Positions 40,019 to 52,400 of a stretch of DNA of 64,000 nucleotides are shown one piece after another (positions within the stretch are counted from its first letter, which is position 1; every line of letters starts with the position of its first letter). Source of the DNA: Tubulanus polymorphus (lineage: Eukaryota; Animalia; Nemertea); contig NC_134027.1 in the NCBI RefSeq assembly GCF_964204645.1, forward strand, positions 3,628,485-3,692,484. Direction: 5' to 3'. The notes beneath the pieces were generated by a model. It was not told the DNA's origin, did not search any database, and worked only from the letters and a program-made list of their open reading frames with translations. The position numbers and the translations under genes are program-made.

Positions 40019-41347
40019 TCACATGGTCTGTTTAAGCAAGCTCTGCTTCGTTTGCTTATTCATATCAAACATCTCAGTTTCATCGCTGGTTTTGTAAAAT
40101 CTATGAGTTCCGCCACCGTTTGCGCTCATCGTGTTCTCAGAAACTAACTGACATCGATACCGACTTGTCCTTCCGCAACACCAAAATAAACGAATCAGCT
40201 GATGTCTAAATTTTTGACCGGTTGCGCAGTACAAGAAGAAGTTCATTGAGTGATTCACGTACATTAAGTGTTCTGTGATCGTTTTGGCGAGTGAGAATCG
40301 AGCCAACGTCTTCGAATCGTCAGTCGAGTCTTGATTCAAAATAGCGCCGATAATCATGCAAATATTCATCGGCAAAGTTGTCAATAAGAAGGCAAACGAA
40401 ATAGTTAGAAGCATAATAGTTATTTTGTACCCGGCATCGTAGTTCTGCGGCCGTGACTGCGGTGACAAACTGGCGTGGTCACCACCTCCGTAACTGTTGG
40501 TCATAAGTTCACGGTTCCTATGCGCAAATATTACCTGTCTAATGATCAGAGTGTTCAGTACCATGATAACGATAAACGGTAAAAAAGAATAGATGAACGC
40601 ATCTATCCAAGCCCACGTTTCTACGAACGACTGGTAAGGCTCGGCGCCATCGCACTTGGGGATCTGGCGCGTTCCATACGGATACATAACAACTTCAACC
40701 GTCCATAAGAAATGGGCGTTGATCGTCATTATAATTCCTAGGATGCACAAAATAACTATGATAGCCCGCCGCGTATTACACATGACACTGGCTCTTAAAG
40801 GGCGCACGACGGCGATGTAACGTTCGACAGTAACTGCCACTATCATGTAAACGGACGAATCACTGGCACTGTAGCCGAGAAACTGCATCATTTTACACGC
40901 TACAGTACTTTGATCTGTGATATTCCACCCGCTGAGCTCACCTATCCAAATTCGCAATAATCCCGTGTACAAAACGATAGTGTCTATGATGGCCAAAGCG
41001 GCCAAATATGTGTACGTTGAGATTTTGGCCATTGAACGCCTTAGCAATATGATACATGAGAGTATATTCCCAATAGTACCAATAACTACTAGAATTGGTG
41101 GCACGAATAAAGAAAGTTGTTTATGGAGCCGGAATTCTGGATAATCCATCATCTTCGTTTCCCAATCTTGGACCACCATGTCTCTATGCGTTATTTCATC
41201 AATTAGATCTCGAAGACTCGAAGAATTAAGATTCGCCAATAACTCTTTTTGATCTGATTCGGAAAGACCTTGCAGTAGTTGAACGAGTTGATATTCATTG
41301 GTCGGTAAGTTCAGCGTCGGCGCCCCACCCGAAAATGTCAAATTCAT
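40019..41347 (-). CDS. Class A (rhodopsin-like) peptide GPCR, FMRFamide-receptor/GPR139-142-like group, 442 aa, single coding exon
   Basis: Seven TM segments with GTIGN (TM1), LAIID (TM2), ERY (TM3), ECL2 Cys, FLP (TM5), FLLTTLP (TM6) and NHSMNFFLY (TM7). The acceptor TTTCAG sits 1 nt before the ATG (41350-41349), implying upstream non-coding exon(s). Confidence 0.95.
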   Translation of the reverse strand: MNLTFSGGAPTLNLPTNEYQLVQLLQGLSESDQKELLANLNSSSLRDLIDEITHRDMVVQDWETKMMDYPEFRLHKQLSLFVPPILVVIGTIGNILSCIILLRRSMAKISTYTYLAALAIIDTIVLYTGLLRIWIGELSGWNITDQSTVACKMMQFLGYSASDSSVYMIVAVTVERYIAVVRPLRASVMCNTRRAIIVILCILGIIMTINAHFLWTVEVVMYPYGTRQIPKCDGAEPYQSFVETWAWIDAFIYSFLPFIVIMVLNTLIIRQVIFAHRNRELMTNSYGGGDHASLSPQSRPQNYDAGYKITIMLLTISFAFLLTTLPMNICMIIGAILNQDSTDDSKTLARFSLAKTITEHLMYVNHSMNFFLYCATGQKFRHQLIRLFWCCGRTSRYRCQLVSENTMSANGGGTHRFYKTSDETEMFDMNKQTKQSLLKQTM

Positions 41348-41407
41348 CCTGAAAGTAGATAAAAAAAGATTTTAAATCATCTGTTCATCATATATATATA
41401 TATATAT

Positions 41408-41587
<180 letters not shown>

Positions 41588-42039
41588 GCAGAGTGAGTGT
41601 CACAGTCGCTGGTCAAGGACATTTGAAAATATTTTGAAATTTCTGTGCAATTAATGCAATTCCCATGCACTTGACCGAAATTAAGGGGAAATCCGAAATA
41701 AAATATAAAAAATTGCTTTTCAAAATGGCACTGACAAATCACGACGTAAGCCCTTGTGCTTGCGCGTGGATCACCCACTCTTAGCTATGTATATAATATC
41801 TTCAGGAAATACATTCCCATGAACTTGAAAGAACTCAATTGAATGATGTGATGACAGAGAGAAAAAGAAAACTTCAATGACAAAATAGCATGTTCCTATC
41901 TGTGTTCAGTCGTGTAGATTTCTGATCGACCGACTGCAGGTGGTTTACTCTGAGAAGATTAATGTTTATCGATAGATCGTACGTGGAGTCATTTGTATTT
42001 GTGAATATCCGTATTCGCGTATTCATTTGTTTTTCAATC

Positions 42040-42423
42040 GACAAACTCATTTAACTCAACTGGCAAACTCATGAATTTTATTTAACTGTAAGATACTAAA
42101 CTTAGTTAATTTCAACACGAATAATCTGTACAGATGAGCGCGGTGTTGCTGGCCCATGTTAGTGTTTGAAAATGCCTAGCGGCGGCACCTCTTCGTTGTT
42201 GCGAGGCAGTCCCTTGATTGCCCAAGTCGGTTCATATTAGTGTATGAAAATCCCGCAAATGATGAGCATAGCGGCAGCACCTTACGGTTCAGTGAGGTTG
42301 CACCTTGACTGCCATAGTCGGTTCGTACTTGTGTATGAAAACTAACGGCGCTACGTACGTTAAAATCAAGCTCACCCCATAAAAGTAAAAACTTAAGCCA
42401 ATGAGCTCAATTTTAAGAGAGTA
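42040..42423. mobile_element. Decayed MITE-like element containing a diverged ~92-bp tandem repeat
   Basis: TAGCGGC.GCACCT...AGTCGGTTC..GTGTATGAAAA occurs at 42177-42250 and 42269-42341. The right end TTTTAAGAGAGTA resembles TA-flanked MITE termini. The left boundary is approximate. Confidence 0.45.
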
Positions 42424-44639
42424 TCGTGCAGATGTTCCATTTAAATTTGCTATTAATAATTGCTTTTATTAATGATCTATCTAAGGTTATACATAGTTCA
42501 TTGGATATTCTTCACATGCGCGACATTAACTACCGATTCATACGAGAGCGCAGTAACTAGAATCCACAGCAGTGCAGTAATAGTTCTAGGAATTATTTGG
42601 CTCCACGATGTAACATGAGGTGTGTCCAAAGTGATAGAAATATTCTCCGAGCAAAAGCTGAGAAGAATATGTCCTTACGGACCATAACATACAATGCGCC
42701 GATATCTAGTAGAAATAGCTCTGGTCAACCTGGAGGCATTACGCGTGAACTCCTCATAAAGCAAATATAAATGCCGTAGCCTCATACGTAACCCTTTAAT
42801 ATTTCATAGAATCCTCTTTGGAATATATGCTGAAATATGGATGTCCATGAACCCGAGAGATGACAGCTTGTCATATCAAATTACATCAAAATATCTGTTT
42901 CGGGCGGAAATTACTCTCTCAGGGAAAGGGGATTATTTTCGCGAAACATTGGAGTTCAACAACGTAATTTATTCGCCGACAGTGGAACTGCTGACACATT
43001 TACTAACGATCACATTTTGTTTAAAGTTTTGAAAAAATGAATATCGTGTTGAACCATCTACTTTCAGCCGAATATCGTGAATTTCTTTTGAGGCAAATAC
43101 GATACGTAGGATTAATTGAGGCCATCGTTCAACGCCGTGGATTGTTCCTATAGGCGTAAATCAGTCATCTATTTATCTGATTTCCGTTATTCGTGCTGCA
43201 ATAGCAACCCTTCCACATCAATTAGTTTATTGAGTTTCGCTCGTTGACCATCACCTCATGTCGAGGGAGGATATCCGTATGAGCAAGGACAAAAAGCTTT
43301 CGTGTACTTTCAAAATCCCTAGTTTTCCATCAGAGACTTATAGCATTATTTCTCGCCCCATTACATACATAAAACAGATTTATAGAGGATAGTCAGTATG
43401 AATTTCCCTTCGGGCGACGTTCTCTAATGACCATCGTGTCGTAGGATCGTTATCGGCGTCTCGTCAAGCACCATATGTATAAATCGGGGGAAGATAAAGA
43501 GTATGACAGAAAATCCTGGGATTCATTAATGTTTATCACCACAGTCGACTTCTTTCGCATTAGGTGCCAACATAGGACGACATGATTTTTCATTGAAAAC
43601 GATGTGTCCGGAATGTCACTTAGCACTTATCAGTGTAATCATAATTCATACCAAGAAAATATTACGCTCAATCTTTTGTAGTACGTAGATCTTCCCTCAA
43701 TCGTCTGGAAGTTTTTTAAGATCATCCGCAGGGACGCGAGAGAACACGATAAACTGTTACGTCTCTATGTATGTTTTTACATATCGGTAAAAGCTGAAGA
43801 CGTTTTGAAAATTGACTACACATTTATCTACGACTGCTCTCACGTCTGTCTTCAAACGTCGATGAATACAATTTCTTTCTCGTTTTTTTTTTGGTGCGTA
43901 GGTCGTCACATGCACTATCAAGAAAATGAGAAAACTACTTGATACTTAGTGACAACTAATGGTGCTTTTCGATACGGTTGGATATTGCGTTTCGTTCCCG
44001 AGTGACGCTGACTGTATTCGCGGTAACGTTAGTCTCGTTTTTTTTTCTATCGCCGTGGGAACGTTACTCTGCCAATCTATGACCCGTTATCATACAGTAA
44101 CCATCCAGCAAATTTACATTCCATTGACCAAAATGTTGTGATTATTATTTTGCCGAAATAAGCATCAGCAAACTCCAAATCTCAGAGACTACATATTGCG
44201 TAAATGTCAATTCTACTTTGTGTTGGTATTTTGTGCACTAAAACTGTATACCCTAGAGATATGAATATGAGAATATGAATTTATTCTTATTTCAGTAGCA
44301 ATCCCCCTAACCGTAGAGAGTTTAAACAAGAGATACATATGATGTGTAAGATTAATCTTTTCCCGTTGACGCGCATGTTTGATAGAACAAGACCCCGAGG
44401 AATATTTCAGAGAACCACTTCCGTTTCCCATTCTGTTTAGTTCTTATTGCAATAATAGCGATTTCACGGAACCGAAGCGATTCTCTAAACGCTGCTATAA
44501 TGGGCTAGTTCCTTGTTCGAATGGTTGTTAACCCGGGGGTCAAAACAATTATTACATCTAATACCGATACAAAACTTTGAGTTCATTTCATTGTCGACGT
44601 GCACATAACTCTGGCACAACGACTCTGAAAATGCAATAC

Positions 44640-44692
44640 TCTATTTACACTTTAGGGATGTCATGACATGACATCCCTAAAGTGTAAATAGA
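44640..44692. repeat. Perfect palindrome, 26-bp arms, 1-nt spacer
   Basis: TCTATTTACACTTTAGGGATGTCATG-A-CATGACATCCCTAAAGTGTAAATAGA. Confidence 0.95.
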
Positions 44693-45566
44693 TGTGTTAC
44701 ATCAATAGTTGCTGTGCACGTCATTTAATTAGGTCGTTAAAGTTAGCTCACGTAAGAGCTCCTAAATGTGTTTTCACTGTAGATTCGATTCGGGCTCATT
44801 CTGGTAATACATTCTGCGTGATGCGTACGCCTAGTAGTGATATTAAGGAAACTTTAACAAATTGGGAAACTCTCGTGAATTTTACGCGCTGGTAGTTGCT
44901 GTCAAAGTGAAACACTTTTTTTGTCTGTTGTTTTCTTTATTTCGGTATCTCTACATTCAGATCATGGCTGAACGTAGAGTGACCACTGGCTAGAAACATT
45001 TCGGAAAATGAAGGCAATTAAACAACGTATTATGCAAGCAGTCAAACGCATGCCGTTCTACCTGCATGGAAGTAATTACCGCGTCTCATGGATCGGCTAA
45101 TGAAGCATCGCTCAATCCGTTGCCAGAGCTCACTAGGCTAATTCTACCTTCATCCGCCAGCAATAATTACTGTTTTCCTCATTTTTGACGCATGTTTATT
45201 ACACCTGTGAGTCTGTCTGTTATAACCGCCAGTGCATCAGGTAATTTTTGAAATAACCGACATTCTCAACATTCTGTTGCATTCCGGTCAGATTTTTAAC
45301 AGATTGAGGCACGTGTGCATCGGAATGATCTTAACTCGATGACATCTGCATTGCGCGGAAAAGAACTGCTGATTTCAAAGTTGAACGCCTCCGTTTCGAC
45401 AGGTTGGTTCTTAGTGAGACAAGGTCAAACAGAACTACTTGATACTCGAACTGGAAATTAGAGACAATGTGGAGAATTTAAATTGATTCAAAATGGTGGC
45501 ATTCACCGCTGAAATGTCATCGTGTTTAAGTCTACCGAAAAAAAAAACATAAATGAGCCATTAATA

Positions 45567-45669
45567 TTTACACCCGATCCGTAAGCATCAAATTTCCTGC
45601 GTATTACAGTAAAATCGTTTACACTCGATCCAAAAGCATCACATTTCCTGCTATTGCAGCCAATCGTTA
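45567..45669. repeat. Diverged 51-bp tandem repeat x2
   Basis: TTTACAC.CGATCC..AAGCATCA.ATTTCCTGC..AATCGTT at 45567 and 45618. Confidence 0.85.
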
Positions 45670-45926
45670 TAAGTTATCTGTTTTTTTACTTGGTAATTGT
45701 CGCATTCGGTCCTTCATCGCAGATATAACTTCGAAAGGCATATCAGCTTGATGCGAGAAACCAGGAAATTCAACTTGATTCATGGTTATTACTTTATCAG
45801 GAGTTTTATCACAGTGTCCAACTTCAGTGATTGTTTGTTTGATTTCATGAGTCCACCAGACATTCTCAGCAATATTTGAAGCTCGGTGAATTCATTTATA
45901 ATGTGTTAGCCGATACAATTTTTTTA

Positions 45927-46470
45927 ACCAATTACAATTACAATTAGTTTATTGCTCCACAAAATTTACATTTGCACAGAGCACAAAAAACAGGTTCATA
46001 CATTGTACACGTATCCATGCAGTTTACAGAATTCATACAAACACGGTTTAAATGAAAAGAAATACATGAATACTTATCAATCAACAATAGCTTAAGGCGG
46101 GCATTGAACAGTACATATTTAATATGAGTTATAGAAACTTTGATCCTTGCTGTATAAAGCGAGACAGGTTACAGAGCTGTTTGCCTTTAGAATTTAATAA
46201 TTGTATCAGTTTGAAGGCACTTGGTCTTATTCTAAAATATGGTTTAATGAAACGGGTGCGAAGATTCTGAAGGAAAGGGCATTCTAGAACAAAGTGGTAC
46301 TCATCCCCAATGACTCTCATATTACATAGATTACATATTCGCTCTTCCCTGGGGGTACGGTTATATCTTCCTATTTCGACTGGTAGTTTATGGTTAGAGC
46401 AGCGAAATCGGCAAAGACTTATTCTAAGATCCGTTGGCAGTTTGACAAGGTAATTTTCGATACCCCATTG
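45927..46470 (-). mobile_element. 5'-truncated non-LTR retrotransposon 3' fragment (RTE-X-like ORF2 C-terminus)
   Basis: Uninterrupted frame ENYL..LCRFRCSNHKLPVEIGRY...ERICNLC..GDEYHFVLECP (CCHC-type C-terminal domain) ends at 46129. It is followed by a 3' UTR, AATAAA and a (TTGTAA)n-like tail at about 45927-45953. Confidence 0.9.
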
Positions 46471-49400
46471 GTTTTCAAAAAAAAACACGAACATGATAGA
46501 ATTCAACTTCATTCATCTTTTTGTATTCAGTGAAATCAACCCTATCTTGAAATGCTATTGCTGAAATGGTCGAAATATCATGAATATCATGAAATATCAT
46601 ATGAATTTCCAAAACCACTCACGTCGTATTTCAGAAATAGACACGTAAACTACATCTCGATGTTTTTGAAGCTGAATTCTTATCACGCCTGTCGCATTTA
46701 TCTCCTAACTGTCTTTACGGTATCTGACATCTTTTATCTGTTACAAAGTAACGGGCAAAGAATACGAAAATAACGATCTACGAGAAAACTTTTTGCAAGT
46801 CAGAATCGATATACGACTCCATGTTGTTCACTGTTGAATTTCAACATTCACAGCTCTCAGATGCAATAAGACATTTTTTTCGATACCGTAAGCGAGCAAG
46901 GGAACGTTTTATCATATCTCGGGAAAGGAATAGTTACACGGCAAATTTATCCGGACAAACTGAAGTAGTCGCCTGAGCATTCAGCGTGAGCGAATGCGCA
47001 TGAATTAACGATAGTTTCGAGTTGCAAATAACCCGAGGTAAAATATTCAGCATGTTTTACAGTCAAAATCCAAAGTCATTCGCATCGATTTACTTTAATA
47101 TCTTTATTCTCTGAGCAATATTAATTTATTGATGTAAGAACGATTTTATAACGAAGAGTCTTCGGAAATCTAAGAAGAGGAAGGCAATCAATTCTGTTAT
47201 GTCAAAATTCAATTGACAAAAGCCAAGTTAAGTTAGCTTGAAAAATGACTGATAGTTGAAAGAAAGTCGATTTGAGGATGGTCGGATGCCATTTCGATGT
47301 TTTTTGTTTTGTTATACGTGTTGTCTGATTCATCCAATCTATACCAACATTTTATTGGCTCAGTATTTGGAAATGTTTGAGACGTTCTAGAATTCATCTA
47401 TTTGTTTGAACTATGTTTTACTTTTTTGTTTATACATGTGAAATTTTTGTCGAGGTCGTCAAAGTATCCCAAATGTGTGACGGCGTTCTTTATCGAGAGA
47501 CCAAAAGCCTTTCTTATCTAAATGAATGTTTTCGTTTTTTTGACACGTTACAGTGGTTTCTCCAATAAAAGCAATCACAATTTCGATTCAACTTATAGTT
47601 GTCAGTTAGTGATACTAAACAGATATCGAAAATCAAGATCTGACGCTGCCGAAGAAATGTCAGTATTGACAATTCATGCGTGTTCAACCGTGTGCTCCAA
47701 ACAGATGTTCCCTAACGAAATCTTGTTTAATCTATCTCGCTTAACGTGAAAAACCGTAATAAAAATGTCCGAACGATATACGTCAGAGGGCTTCAGAATA
47801 AATCAGGATTATATTACCATTAGGGTCCGCTGTCGTCCCATTCAGTAACGAACGCTATGCACTTTGGTCACACGATTCATGAAATATGTAAAGATATACT
47901 TCATAAAATCTGTCCCGTAAGACAAAACAAATAACAAATAACCATGTTTTTCCGAGACGCCAAAATACTTTCAATGTAAAACATTCATAATGTCTAGCAG
48001 ATCATATTTCCCGCATTTAGTCAATCCGTTTTACACTGAAGTTTGATAATTGCGACTGGCATCGTAACACTAGTGGGTTGAAATTGGTTTAGCAGCTTAT
48101 CTGCGTTTTCTACTCCGCTGTTGTTTGCAACGATTTTGAGATTTAATTTTTAGGATTACGTTGATTCTGCAGGTTTTTGAGTGGCTAATAGCAGTGAAGC
48201 TACATCTACAATAAGACGGCGCAATTATTTACCAGGCTTATGACATTTACCGAATGAATTACCAATTCAGGCAGATTCTGAGAAAAAGTTCCGGGATATA
48301 ATAGTTTCGAACTTTGTGCTTTATCAGTCACGAACCTTCGCGTCGTGACTGGATTTCTGTTGGCTCGAAAAGACTGATTTATGAAGTGATTGCACTTTGA
48401 AAAATGATGCAAATGCTACACGGACAGGGGTACGAGAAATCATATCCGACAGGTTAGTATTACGCTTCAAATCCTGCCATTATTCAATGTCTTATCGTGC
48501 GATAACTGAAGCGCGCGATGGATTTCCATCCGTAGCTCGAGAGAAAAAGATATAAAGTGTTAGTTCGGATTTTAAGTAAGATAAACGATGAATGAATATA
48601 GATAGATAGGAGGTTTGTTCGTGTTATTCGTGAACAATAGCGTCAGCAGGTGTTTTATTCATGAGAAATGGGAAACAGTCGCATCAACTCTGTCATCTGA
48701 AGTGTGATCATTTCGTGGCAATGAGACGGGTTTTCTGGAGACAGTCTGGTGAATTTCGATATTTTTACAGCGACGATGTGTCTGGCTACGGAACCGAGGA
48801 AGTTGCGATTGAAGAGATATCCAGCTTATAACCGACTGGCTGCAATTAGTTCGGATCGAGTTAGATTGAGTGTATAAAACGACAAACATAATCGAAAGAT
48901 TACGAACCATTTGGCTTACGTTTATACTTGACTTACTTTGATGAGCTGGATGGGGTTTCTCCAATTAGGAAATATGGCATACGAAGATGAAAATCAGTTT
49001 CTCCGTCTTGAGAACAAAATCAAGCACAGAGTTCTTCAACGAGAACCTTACGAAACCGACCTTTTTCATGATAAACGTTAATTCTCGTTCGAGCAGTTTT
49101 GTGGTACTTCACATATCGATGGTTGGTATGCATTAAACACTTGAAAAGTTTGAAAACTACGTAAAACACTACTTATTTCTACTAAATGGCATTATAGAAT
49201 TTTCCAGTTTGCAAGTTTAACTTCAAGGATTGTCATTTGCCATCTCATATACCAGCCTTTTTATGTATATAGAAAGCTAGTTCATCATGTTTTAAGTTGA
49301 AATTTCAGTCGGGCATCTACCTAAAACGTCGACATACGAGAATCTATGTCGACTTAAAGACATCACCATTCAACGGCCAAATAATACTTATAACGTATCA

Positions 49401-52400
49401 AATTTAATATTTTTATAACGCGGAAAGCCCTCGCGGGAATATCAATACGACGTCTAGAAACTAGAGATGTCCGCAACAAGCATGAACTGATTTAGATAAT
49501 GCATGACGAGTTAGTCTCAGTAGATTTAACTTCCTGGCACTAATTGAATGTCGTAAACGCTTGTTATTCCCGATGTAACTTTAGAACAGCGAGATAATTA
49601 CACAGAAAGTCGCGGAGACGACAACAAATGTTTGCACTTGGGGAATTTTTTTCCATGCCACATCAACAAAACTAACGCGCAAAAGCAATCGAAAAGCACG
49701 CTTCACCTGTATGTCCATGCTGTTGAAGGTAGTCGTCTTAGTTCTTATCAACATAATTCAAAGGAAAAATAAATGATTGATGAGTTCAACGTAGTTATTT
49801 TCAATTAGTGAAATAATTTACGACGAGAAGAAATTGATCAACGTCTGGGATGTGAATTTTCTTTCGACAAACTATTTCGAGATATCCGAAGTATATAAGA
49901 CACTCGCTGAAATTGTATGTGTTGTCCATTTTCCTCGACGGACAAATCAACGGATATACTGAGTTGACAGTAACCAGGCCGATAAATGATATTCAGCTTT
50001 ATAGAAATCTACTTCAGAACTGGAATAAATTAACATTCTAATTGGAAAACCTAGCGCGAAGGAATGAATAGCTCCAAGGAAATGCGTTCTCTCTGATCTC
50101 TCAAAACATATTTCATAAAGAAGTATGTTTTCTCCATAAACAGTGTAGTGCCTGTCACTTGGCGCGCTTTGAATTCATAATTTCCCCGCGGCTAATCATT
50201 CCCTTGGAGTTATTTCCTGGACTCTGATCTGGAAGAGAGCACAATTACTAGCGAAAGAGCGATAGCATTGCTTCACTTTTTCTAACTGAGTTTATTCATC
50301 CTATTTCATTCGTGAAATTGTACCCCAATGTAAGGACATTCCCAATTAAATTTCGATATCAAGCTACGAAAGTTTTGCCTTTTTAAGTTAATTTAGACGG
50401 ATATCTGGTCACCGTTCTACTATTACGCATCATATTTTTTATATTTCCGCAGGCAGTCAACTACGATATCGCGAACTGAAATCGTCGCTGATTCCAGGAC
50501 CCGTTACTTACTGCGTCTATAGATATTCTAAACAAATGATACATCGTTAGAAAAGCGCGCCTTTTTTCTCTCGAAAATATCTGCTGATTGGGATTTGCAA
50601 GAGATTTGCACAACGTCTGTCCGAGACCCCTTTAGGCCAACGTCAAGCATCACAAAACGATTCGTTTTGATTAGCGCCGGTGTTCGGGCTGTATTTCTGT
50701 AGGTTTAGACGAATCCACAACTCGAGTTAGAACGTGGTACACGTTTAAGCTGTAGCTTCTGGAAAATCCTTATCCGCAGTGATTATTCTGATCTATGCTT
50801 TATATTGCTTATGAAATGTCTTTCTTTGCTGATGAACGACTGCTTGTTAACAACACGTTCCCTCCTCCAGTCAAAGTATAACTCGTTCCACTATGCGCTG
50901 TTATTCTTGTTTATTCACATAAACGAGGCGTATTCTTCCCTTAAACACACGGCGAATATAAAACAGGACGATAGATGATAAATCGAAGAATCAATTCAGC
51001 GATAAATCTTGTATGAATCGTACGGCGCTGATATCGACTTCATCCAACAATGAACGATGAACGAAAGATACCGATGAAACTCGATAAGAAAGGTCTGTCC
51101 ACAGACAGAAGTAAACCCCACTTGATCAATCACTAAAATGGCCGTAATCATCTTATTTTCCCAGCAGCATACGCTTTGATATTTGATATCGCTATTAGCG
51201 GATTCCGAAGTAAATTTGTCAACAGATACACGACATATGATAAGATAATGCTTCTGTCGTCAGAATCAGCGCAATCCCGTCGTCATTTGAATTTTTCGAT
51301 AGGTTTAAACATTTTCTTTCGACGTAGTTAGAACTTACGAAAGTATAATAATGCGCAATTGCTGATCAGGTAGCACGTACCCAGGCAGCCGTATGATCGG
51401 AATTCATTCTCAATCTTACGCGTATAATCAGGCAGTGGAGGATGTGACGTGATGAATGAATTTACTAAATCCTATGTTATGAAATATGTGAAGCTTTAAT
51501 GCGTGATAGTTAGTTATATACATAGTGTCTGTCATGTCATTCGAGCCCCAGGAAGGGAATTTGACAACTGAATCTACCACATCGAAAATTCTAAATGTCA
51601 TCCAGATCTAAACATCGAAATATTTGCTAGATTCTTCCGTCGCTAAGTTATGTATTCTCAATGATATTATACGGTGCGTTTAACGTATCGTGTTGCGGTG
51701 TGTGGTTCTAGTTTTGCACCTGAATCATTGAACGTTGTCTAAAAAATGTTCTTTCGTAGTAGAAAACGAAACATCTTCTGTCGTAATTACGAGATAGACA
51801 TAAACGCACTACCCGGTATCTAGTTTGTAATTACTTTTTTTTCTCTCGACGCGATCTTCCCTTGGCAGCCATTCTAGACATGAACTTGTCATGGTTAGAC
51901 ATAGATATAAACGGGAGAGTATACGCCTGATCACGGCGATTAATTCGACACCCCGATCCCACTCTCCGTTCGTGGTGGCAAATAAGTTAATCATATACAT
52001 AAAACAGCTAAAATCCCAGGACAATCATACGCCATCACGATTCGTCGGCGTTTAGCAATTGGTAATTTATTCTGCTGCTTGACTTCATGGGTAGGAAATT
52101 TTCAGAAAAAAAGTCACCATATAACTGACGGTTTGCAGTTAAATGGCATCCCGACGAACGTAATCAATAAGTTGGGGTTAACATTCTAACACTCGATAAA
52201 CACTTGTCAACCATTTGCTGAAGTGTCGCTTGATAAGAGCTGACATTTGGTTGGAAACATTTTCACACACGGAGGATGTTGAATCATTTACATATATAAA
52301 ATACAGCACTGAAACCTCTCGTTTGGTTTTCCGGTATTAGTCATTTCAGTCGGTCGATTCAATCTAATTGTCAAAGTACGTAACATTTCGCATTATTTTC

